Source of the DNA: a virus
Virus record (IMG/VR): IMGVR_UViG_3300028534_000020
Coordinates: 23,622 to 87,621 of that record
Direction: 5' to 3' (one strand)
Length of the DNA: 64,000 nucleotides
In this document: positions 39,950 to 47,574 of the stretch, in pieces
How positions within the stretch are numbered: the stretch's first letter is position 1
Layout: each line of letters begins with the position of its first letter
Program-made: the position numbers and the translations under genes
The notes under the pieces: model-generated
Seen by the model: only the letters and a program-made list of their open reading frames with translations
Told to the model about the DNA's origin: nothing
Databases searched by the model: none

Positions 39950-40616
39950 ATTCTGATTTGGGTATTACGAGATTTAATTGCTCGTTAATTAAATTTGGTG
40001 TTGTGCAGCTTTCATTAAATGTAGCGTATTCTGTATTCGATGGCCATCTACCACAAGATGCAAATAAACAGCCGAAAGCATTTGATAAAAAGTCAGCTTG
40101 CGAATAATCACATTTTTTAATGTAGTCACAGCCTGGTAAATAATCGTTTGCTTTTGAATATCCAGCGTCCATAAGTAATTGTCGCAATTTCCAATGAACA
40201 CCTACGATAAACTCTTCTTCGCAGAATTTTAATCTACGCGACATTTGACCAGCAAGCGATTCGTAAGTTTGAACAACTGTATATTCACAACTTCGTGACA
40301 TTAAATAATAATCGTCTTTAAGCGCAGCTTTTTCAATCATTTTTTCGAGTTTTTGAGCTGCTACAATAAACTTATCTAGCATCGCTGGGTTATTCATTAA
40401 CGTATCGTATGTATGTGTATACATAATATAACGCGGTGTTTTACTTACTTGATAGTCTTTAAATTCTACGCCAACTCTTGCTCTTGAGTGTTGGTCATAT
40501 TCACAAATGGGCGCATTTTCTACTTTATACGTAACTGTTTTATCATTAACAGATAATAACGTAATTTTTAAGTCCTCTACGCCTCGCGAAATTTCTATGC
40601 CGTGTAATTTTTTCAT
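39915..40616 (-). CDS. ThyX-like flavin-dependent protein, paralogue B (lacks the usual N-terminus)
   Basis: TVTYKVENAPICEYDQHSRAR aligns to the ThyX TFEIEG...QLVRHR segment; DDYYLMS, MSRRLK, C-terminal Cys cluster. Confidence 0.6.
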   Translation of the reverse strand: MKKLHGIEISRGVEDLKITLLSVNDKTVTYKVENAPICEYDQHSRARVGVEFKDYQVSKTPRYIMYTHTYDTLMNNPAMLDKFIVAAQKLEKMIEKAALKDDYYLMSRSCEYTVVQTYESLAGQMSRRLKFCEEEFIVGVHWKLRQLLMDAGYSKANDYLPGCDYIKKCDYSQADFLSNAFGCLFASCGRWPSNTEYATFNESCTTPNLINEQLNLVIPKSEYEIQKENESRN

Positions 40617-40618
40617 AA

Positions 40619-41443
40619 TTATAATTGTTTAAAATATTTTAAATCTTTTGCGTCTAACGTATCTACAGTTAACGCATTTATTTTTTCAAAAATCTCATCA
40701 TTGTCATTAAATATAGTTTCAAGATATAATGCAATGAGTGGAAATTTTTCTCGAATCTCGTTAATAATTGCAATATATAATAGACCAAGATATTGCAATT
40801 TTATCGGCAATTTTGGGTTTGACAAATCTAGCGTTTTATTAGCGTGAAATGAATACATCGACACAATCGAAAGTAAATTTTGGCTAAAATGGTATGAGTG
40901 CGAATATGACTGTGGTAAAAATGCTCTCGCAGATTGCCAACTACCATTACCCAAATTTAACGTGTCCTCGTATAAATCTTTTAACATTTTAAATACATCA
41001 AAATATTCAATGTTAATATCAAGCTGTTCACTTACAATGTCAGCATCAAGTTTATTGTTATCTCTACAGCCTATTGACATAAATGTCGTAAATTTTACTG
41101 TAGTGTGATAATCAAATAACCATCGCGGGACACCTTTTACACGAAAGAAAAACATAACAGGCTCCTTTGCTTGTGGCAATGTATTATTTGTTAATACAGC
41201 TTTAATTACTTCCAATTTGCCTTCTAATGAAGTTATCGGCCATTTTTGTTTGAATTCATTATCACCCCACGTTGACGTTGCAGCTAAAAACATAGCTTTA
41301 TATGGGTTATTTGAATGGTCCTCAAGAGTTATTTCAGCAGAACCAAATAATGGTAAAACTCTTGTTCTTTTTTTTGGCGATGTTGAGGGTTCTGTGCCCA
41401 TTGCTAATCGCAAATTTTGAATTGTTTTAATTTTTTTATCCAT
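40619..41443 (-). CDS. ThyX-like flavin-dependent protein, paralogue A
   Basis: ITLEDH...FFFRVKGVPRWLFDYH...CRD and SARAFLPQS; RHR motif degenerate. Confidence 0.65.
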   Translation of the reverse strand: MDKKIKTIQNLRLAMGTEPSTSPKKRTRVLPLFGSAEITLEDHSNNPYKAMFLAATSTWGDNEFKQKWPITSLEGKLEVIKAVLTNNTLPQAKEPVMFFFRVKGVPRWLFDYHTTVKFTTFMSIGCRDNNKLDADIVSEQLDINIEYFDVFKMLKDLYEDTLNLGNGSWQSARAFLPQSYSHSYHFSQNLLSIVSMYSFHANKTLDLSNPKLPIKLQYLGLLYIAIINEIREKFPLIALYLETIFNDNDEIFEKINALTVDTLDAKDLKYFKQL

Positions 41444-41463
41444 ATTATTATTGTTTACAAATA

Positions 41464-41480
41464 CAAATATACTAAATATA
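41464..41480 (-). promoter_or_regulatory. TAnnTTTG promoter
   Basis: CAAATATAC 20 nt before the ATG at 41443. Confidence 0.65.
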
Positions 41481-41948
41481 TTTATGTAAAGAACTAACTG
41501 TTACATAAATTTTTCCAAATTCAAGTTTATATTTCTCAGTTAATAATTTCATTACCAACTGCAAAGTCTGATAATCATAATCAAAATTATTATCAAAATT
41601 TTGCGACCTAAAATGCGCAAACATATAAACTTTACCGTTCCTTAATAGCGCGTGAACCAATGAAATGCACGCTGCTTTATTTTTATCATCTTGATATTTT
41701 GGCTGTATTGCAGCTTGCCTTGTTCCCATATCTTTATCAAAATCATAACTGTCGAAATAATTTAATATTTCGTCGCGCTCAATTTTATCGAGTTCATTTG
41801 GGTATTCTACAATAACGTCTGTCGTTAATATAGGTTGCTCGATTACATACTTAAAACCAATTATTTCAAGATATGTAGCATCAGAGTTTTTTCTTGACAT
41901 TTTGTCAAAAATTCTATTTGCTTCTTTTTTAACGTTTATCATAACCAA
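41472..41948 (-). CDS. minimal thymidylate-synthase-fold enzyme, dCMP-type
   Basis: TRQ, ACISLVH, FRSQNFDNNFDYDY, SLHKY. Confidence 0.75.
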   Translation of the reverse strand: MVMINVKKEANRIFDKMSRKNSDATYLEIIGFKYVIEQPILTTDVIVEYPNELDKIERDEILNYFDSYDFDKDMGTRQAAIQPKYQDDKNKAACISLVHALLRNGKVYMFAHFRSQNFDNNFDYDYQTLQLVMKLLTEKYKLEFGKIYVTVSSLHKYI

Positions 41949-42868
41949 TAAGGTTTTATGTTAGTATTTTGTACAGACTGTATTACACTGGCAATATCTT
42001 GCTCAAATGTATCATCATTAAAATAATCGCGTATTTTCGTGTTATCTATATTATGCCAATGTAAATAATCAAGTTTTGGAATGAATTTTATTTTATCGCC
42101 AAATTTAACGCCAAATGACTCGATTATATCTATTAACTCAAACCAATTATTAGCTTTTTTATAATGTTTACCAATGTTAAACTCTTCGTGCCATCTTTCA
42201 TCACTAATAAGTGCAATAATCGCTGACGCGATATTTTTTACGTGCGTATATGATTTGCGTATTTGTTTATCAAGTAAAATTGTCAAAGGTTTATTATTAA
42301 CTGACGCATAAATAGCTTTTGTTAATGCAGAATGTAAATCGTGCGGAAATTCAGAAAAACCGAAAACAGGTCTTACAATCATTTTATCAGTTTTACACTC
42401 ATTTTTTACAATAAGCTCAGCAGCATATTTTGTTATCCCGTAATATGTTTGTGGGTTAATATTTGTTTTTTCTGTTATCGGTGTTCTTTTTGAATAATCA
42501 TTAATGTCAAAAATTGCTGTAGTTGATAAATATACAAGTTTAATGTCGTATTTATTGCATATATCGACTATATTTTTTGTACCATATACATTTGAACGCG
42601 CAGTTTCGGCTTGATAATTTTGGCAATAATCTGTCCCAACAAAAGCACCAGAATGTATTATAATATCTGGTCTATCTTTTTTGATACAAGCTTCAAAATA
42701 TTCACTTGTAAAATCGAGTTCAAAATCTCTTACTTCAAACGATTTATAAGTTTTATATTTTTTTGGATAATCTATGAGTTCAAACTCATTTTCACGAACG
42801 TTTGTAATTATTTTTTTAAGTGCACTTGGAATTGTGCCTTCCTCGCCTGTTATAAATATTTTTTTCAT
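41939..42868 (-). CDS. extended SDR NDP-sugar reductase/epimerase (RmlD-like)
   Basis: IFITGEEGT, HSGAFVGTD.C, NVYGT, LSTTAIF, YGITK. Confidence 0.85.
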   Translation of the reverse strand: MKKIFITGEEGTIPSALKKIITNVRENEFELIDYPKKYKTYKSFEVRDFELDFTSEYFEACIKKDRPDIIIHSGAFVGTDYCQNYQAETARSNVYGTKNIVDICNKYDIKLVYLSTTAIFDINDYSKRTPITEKTNINPQTYYGITKYAAELIVKNECKTDKMIVRPVFGFSEFPHDLHSALTKAIYASVNNKPLTILLDKQIRKSYTHVKNIASAIIALISDERWHEEFNIGKHYKKANNWFELIDIIESFGVKFGDKIKFIPKLDYLHWHNIDNTKIRDYFNDDTFEQDIASVIQSVQNTNIKPYWL

Positions 42869-43716
42869 TTTATTATGTTTTTTATTTCGTTGATATATTC
42901 TTGTTCAGTTTTTGTATTATAAATAGTTACAGTGAAAGGACTACTAATTTTGAACAAATTTTGCGCTGGAAACTTTACATTGCGTTTAAATTGTTTATAC
43001 GTATCATTTCCTGTAACTATTACAAATTTGGGCTTATAAAATTTTATTTCGTTTTTAAGATTATCTGCGCAGATTGAATACTGCGTATCGTTTACATCAT
43101 AAGGCGCGTTGCATTTAATAAGTGACGAAATTTGATAATCATTTATTTCTGTTTTTTCAAGAAATTGCTGCAATTCTTTTGCGTCATTTGCTTTACGCGT
43201 TACAAATAAATATTTAACTTTATCATTCTTTATATTCAGCGTATTTTTGCCGAATTTTGCAAGACTACACATTTTACATTTATTTATTTCACGTTCAAGA
43301 ATTATTGCTTCAATTTCACGTAAAATAACTTTTACATCTTTATCAGAATTTACTTCATATATTTTTACGCCTTTTTTGCGTAATTGCTCAATAACTATAT
43401 TAAACACTTTTTTGTGTTTATCAATATCAGAGACTGGCAAATCTTGTTCGTTTGTTTTTTCGAAACGTTTTTCAAGTTCATCAGTAGACGCTTTTAACAC
43501 AATAAAAATCTCGCCGCGTTTTGAAGCGTCTACTGCATTCTTTATAAAAAACTGTGTATCAATACGTCTATTATAAATTTTTGCATAGACAAGCTGCGAA
43601 ATAAACGAACGCACGTGTACAAGATAATTACCTTTACTACTTTTTATAAGTGCACTTTTAATTGTATCTTTACCAGTTCTATCAACGCCATCGATATGTA
43701 TTATTTTGCCGCCCAT
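42865..43716 (-). CDS. dNMP kinase fused to a family-4 uracil-DNA-glycosylase-like domain
   Basis: N-terminal DGVDRTGKDT P-loop; C-terminal CKMC...LIKC...ICADNLKNEI.FYKPKFVIVTG. Confidence 0.7.
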   Translation of the reverse strand: MGGKIIHIDGVDRTGKDTIKSALIKSSKGNYLVHVRSFISQLVYAKIYNRRIDTQFFIKNAVDASKRGEIFIVLKASTDELEKRFEKTNEQDLPVSDIDKHKKVFNIVIEQLRKKGVKIYEVNSDKDVKVILREIEAIILEREINKCKMCSLAKFGKNTLNIKNDKVKYLFVTRKANDAKELQQFLEKTEINDYQISSLIKCNAPYDVNDTQYSICADNLKNEIKFYKPKFVIVTGNDTYKQFKRNVKFPAQNLFKISSPFTVTIYNTKTEQEYINEIKNIIK

Positions 43717-44000
43717 TCCTTATACTTTTTGTTAATAAATTCTAATTGCTCACCAGTAACTTTGCCAAATATCAATAATTTATGAAATTTACCGTATAAA
43801 TTAAGCATAGTATTTATAAGCGGTTCATCAATTGCGCCAATCGGCATTAATATTAAATATTCTTTATCTTGAATATTAAATACAGTAGAATTTTTAAGCG
43901 TTAAATGCTCAACAATTTTATCTTTCATTTCATTATACCAATAATCTACGTGAGGTTTAGCGTCTGGCTTTTGATATAATGCAATAGTTATTTTTTTCAT
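43701..44000 (-). CDS. hypothetical protein in the modification cluster
   Basis: Overlaps both neighbours. Confidence 0.6.
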   Translation of the reverse strand: MKKITIALYQKPDAKPHVDYWYNEMKDKIVEHLTLKNSTVFNIQDKEYLILMPIGAIDEPLINTMLNLYGKFHKLLIFGKVTGEQLEFINKKYKEWAAK

Positions 44001-44941
44001 AATACAATATCTTTAAGTGTATGAATTATTTTTACTTTTTTTGATACGCGTGACGTATCATTATAAAGTTGAGGGTTATATAATAAATATGTGACGAAAT
44101 AATCTGCCAATTTATTAACATTTTCAATTTGGTCGTCGACAACGAGTTTAATATTTTTTATGTCGAAATTATCAAGTAAATATTTTTCTTTATCGTTTGC
44201 AAAAAACAAAAAATCAAATTTAATTTCATTATCTTGCAACCAATTTACAGTGTCAAAAAATAAGCGTGTCATTTTATTATATGGACGTGCTGTCAATAAT
44301 ATTATGCCATAACCTTGTTCTTTTACGCGTCTAATAAAATCTAACGCGTCTCTATTAACAGTACAGTTTCTTTCCTGACCAGTTATACGATATTGATATT
44401 TTAGCTGCTTATAACGTTGTGTTTCAGTAAACTTAAATTTCATTAAGTCTGTTACTTTTTCGCCTTGCGTATTAAAATAATCTATTACGTTTGCTGGATA
44501 TGTATTCAATACACCATCGATATCGATAACAACATATTGTTTTTCTGTTTTACGAATTTCTTTTAATTGCTTTTCTTGTTCATAACGAATATCTACGACT
44601 ATGCTTTTTTCAAGAAATTTTTCATAAAATTTGTCAGGGCCATAACCATTGATAATAAATAAGTTCAAAAGAAATTTAAACGCGTCAATTCCCTCTTCAA
44701 TAAAATTATCCATATTATCGTGCTTGTTAAGATAACGGTGCGTTTTCCAATTTAATTCGTCAAGCATTTCAAACATTTCTTTTGCGCCTGACAAAATATA
44801 TTCTTTTGACCATTTTATACGGTCTTCGTGAGTTAAATCATTAAGAGATTTTCCATATTTTTCAGCGAATAATTTTTCTGTAAACTTTCGCTGTATTTCA
44901 AACATTTCAGTTAATTCTAATAGCTTATTTTCTGAGCTCAT
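43997..44941 (-). CDS. all-alpha dUTPase/dCTPase-like NTP pyrophosphatase fused to a HAD nucleotidase
   Basis: KEMFEMLDELNWKTH...EEGIDAFKF; IDIDGVL, LTARP, VDD. Confidence 0.8.
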   Translation of the reverse strand: MSSENKLLELTEMFEIQRKFTEKLFAEKYGKSLNDLTHEDRIKWSKEYILSGAKEMFEMLDELNWKTHRYLNKHDNMDNFIEEGIDAFKFLLNLFIINGYGPDKFYEKFLEKSIVVDIRYEQEKQLKEIRKTEKQYVVIDIDGVLNTYPANVIDYFNTQGEKVTDLMKFKFTETQRYKQLKYQYRITGQERNCTVNRDALDFIRRVKEQGYGIILLTARPYNKMTRLFFDTVNWLQDNEIKFDFLFFANDKEKYLLDNFDIKNIKLVVDDQIENVNKLADYFVTYLLYNPQLYNDTSRVSKKVKIIHTLKDIVL

Positions 44942-45821
44942 AATATTTAATTATTTCATTTGTTTTTACAGCGTGATTCCATTGAGCAAATCGGCCCAAT
45001 AATTGAACGCCTTGAATATCGCGTATATCAATCGAATTTACAATTTGGATAGGCAAATTATTGATAATTTTTATAATCTTATTGTTTTCCAAATCTTTTA
45101 TGTAAGATAATGGAATAAGTGTTTCATATACGATATAATCTTTTACGTATGTTTTTCGCGAATAAACGCCATTTGTTGAATATATATACGCAAAATATTT
45201 ACTTAATTCTTTATCGCGCTCGTTTTCGAGTCTTGTAATAACAAAATGTTTTTTTAGCGCCTTCGGTTTAATTTCGTTAATATCAAGTATTTTTAATAAC
45301 ACTTTTAAATTTAGCGTTGAAATAAGTTCATCGTAATTAAACAAACCTTTGTCGCAGTGAATTTCTTTATCTTTTGTGTTTAAACCTGTAACTGTCATTT
45401 TTTGTAACTGTCCTCGCTCTATAATTTTTTTCAGTACTTTTTCAAATACTTTTTTGAAAAAATCATCTGAGCCATCTGTAAATATTTCAATACTTGTAGC
45501 TCCACCAGATAAAAATGATTTTTCGACTTTTTCTGTTCTGCGTGTCAAAATTGAATACCGTCGCCGAAAAGTACCATCAGGTTCAATCATATCTTTATCG
45601 TTGTTTGTAAAACCTATATCGATTTTTTTTATATAAAAATCTACGCCAACCTTTTGCAAAAACTGCTTTACATATTTGTCAACTTTAAAAATCCGTGGCC
45701 CGAGTTGATATTGACCACTTATTTGCCCTAATGGGTTTGAGTCGATAACTGTCGCATTTTCATTATAAAATGCTGATATAAGTCCAGCAGTTCCTGCGCC
45801 TAAAATTACTGTATTTTTCAT
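44925..45821 (-). CDS. FAD-dependent oxidoreductase, UDP-galactopyranose mutase-like
   Basis: VILGAGTAG, LGPRIF, LISTL, LLGRFAQW. Confidence 0.7.
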   Translation of the reverse strand: MKNTVILGAGTAGLISAFYNENATVIDSNPLGQISGQYQLGPRIFKVDKYVKQFLQKVGVDFYIKKIDIGFTNNDKDMIEPDGTFRRRYSILTRRTEKVEKSFLSGGATSIEIFTDGSDDFFKKVFEKVLKKIIERGQLQKMTVTGLNTKDKEIHCDKGLFNYDELISTLNLKVLLKILDINEIKPKALKKHFVITRLENERDKELSKYFAYIYSTNGVYSRKTYVKDYIVYETLIPLSYIKDLENNKIIKIINNLPIQIVNSIDIRDIQGVQLLGRFAQWNHAVKTNEIIKYYELRK

Positions 45822-46147
45822 TGTTTATAATTTTTTACTGTTATATTCCCAGTGAAATTGTGTATATGATATTTTCGTTTTCTATTTGGTAAATTATATG
45901 TTACTATTAAAACACCTTCGAAGACTGTACCTGGCTTTAAATGTTGGCGTATTATATTATGTGGCGAAGAGTCATTACCTATTTGTCTATCGAATACATT
46001 CATAAATACGCGCTCATTATTAAGTTCGTAATTATCGTCAATTACGCGAAATATACATACATTATATTTATAACCAGCATATTCGCCATATTTTGCCATA
46101 CGTTTTGGCTGTATTTTTTCTAAAACTACTCTTGTTAAATTACTCAT
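45818..46147 (-). CDS. hypothetical protein
   Basis: Packed minus-strand ORF. Confidence 0.6.
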   Translation of the reverse strand: MSNLTRVVLEKIQPKRMAKYGEYAGYKYNVCIFRVIDDNYELNNERVFMNVFDRQIGNDSSPHNIIRQHLKPGTVFEGVLIVTYNLPNRKRKYHIHNFTGNITVKNYKQ

Positions 46148-47501
46148 CGTCTTCTGGAAAATAAAATTCGCTTAATGTACATTTTCTATCATAAAATCTA
46201 TCGTTCTTATATGATTGACAGATTGTTATTAACTTATCGCTTGGATAATTACGTAATTTATCGACGTATAATCGCATTACGTTATTTTGTTTTTCATCTT
46301 TTGTTTGATTCATTGTCACAAACATCGAAAACGGTTCTGCAGCGTTTTTGAATTCTGATAAATGATTTCTTGTCATAACAAAAGATGGGTCCTCTGACAA
46401 AGCAAGTGGTATATTTTGCGCTTGCGTTGCTGTTACAATTCTTGTTTTAAATTCAATCGCTAAATTTTTTAATGCGCGACCTATTGCTCTACGTCTATCA
46501 CGCTCTTGTGCAACTTGATATTTTTTGCCGTCGCCCGGCGAAAATAATTCAAAATAATCTAATAATAACAAATCGACGTGGCCGTGATTTTTTTCAATAT
46601 CTATTAAAACTTTGCGCACCTCTGCGATAGATGGCGAAGTAAACTGTTCATACGCGTGAACAAATATTTCGCCACCGTGTATTTGAAGAGTTTCAGCAAT
46701 TTGTAAAAGCCGTTTGTATAATTTATCATCATACGACGCAAATTGTATAAGTTGATTTGTTATACCAGTCCAAGTTGAGTCATATCCTCGCAAAGTTTCC
46801 TCTTTTGAACCTTCAGCTTGAATATGTAAAACACGATAACCTCTACGTGCAGCAGATACACCATTCCAACGTAAAAATTTTGTTTTACCTACGCCTGATT
46901 GAGCAAGGTATAATACAGTATCAGTTTCGTCAAGTCCGCCATACGTCAAAGCATCAAGTTCATCAATACCTAATGGCACTTTTTCAAATAATACCTCTGA
47001 CGTTTCACGCATTAAAATACGTTGTCTATGTCGTTCTCTAAAACCTTTGAAAATTCTATCGTAATAATCAGTGTTGGAAGTAATTGAAAATGTGTGTATT
47101 TTTTCAGCTGTCTTTTTTAATAAATGATATGCTTGCTCTTTTTTATTTTCGTTGTATAAATCAGCGATATTCTCGTACATTTCAATAAACATCGCTTGCT
47201 TTATAAACTCTTCAAGAACTTCAAGCAATTTATCTTTATCAACTAAATTTGCGTCTTTAATCTTTGAAAGCAGTTCAATAACTTTTACATTACTTTCGAA
47301 CTGCTGACTAATAATACCAAACGTAGGTATTTTGCGATTTACATTATAATATGTTGTAATTGCCTTATGTAATTTTTTAAATTCTTGAGATGGCAAATAC
47401 GTATATTTTATATGCGTTGAAATAACCTCTATTATTTCACTTTTTCTAAACGCTTGTCTATATAATTCATACAAAAAATCTTTCGTGAGTTTATTCTGCA
47501 T
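46140..47501 (-). CDS. dnaB: DnaB-like replicative helicase
   Basis: AQSGVGKT, QAEGS, LLLDY, TATQ, LYVDKLRN. Confidence 0.85.
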   Translation of the reverse strand: MQNKLTKDFLYELYRQAFRKSEIIEVISTHIKYTYLPSQEFKKLHKAITTYYNVNRKIPTFGIISQQFESNVKVIELLSKIKDANLVDKDKLLEVLEEFIKQAMFIEMYENIADLYNENKKEQAYHLLKKTAEKIHTFSITSNTDYYDRIFKGFRERHRQRILMRETSEVLFEKVPLGIDELDALTYGGLDETDTVLYLAQSGVGKTKFLRWNGVSAARRGYRVLHIQAEGSKEETLRGYDSTWTGITNQLIQFASYDDKLYKRLLQIAETLQIHGGEIFVHAYEQFTSPSIAEVRKVLIDIEKNHGHVDLLLLDYFELFSPGDGKKYQVAQERDRRRAIGRALKNLAIEFKTRIVTATQAQNIPLALSEDPSFVMTRNHLSEFKNAAEPFSMFVTMNQTKDEKQNNVMRLYVDKLRNYPSDKLITICQSYKNDRFYDRKCTLSEFYFPEDDE

Positions 47502-47534
47502 AGTCCAATCTAAAATCTGTTATTGTTTACAAAG

Positions 47535-47573
47535 ACAAATATACACTATATATTTTTAATAGAAAAATTTTTT
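47535..47573 (-). promoter_or_regulatory. TAnnTTTG promoter cassette
   Basis: 39 bp identical to 22285-22323. Confidence 0.8.
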
Positions 47574-47574
47574 T

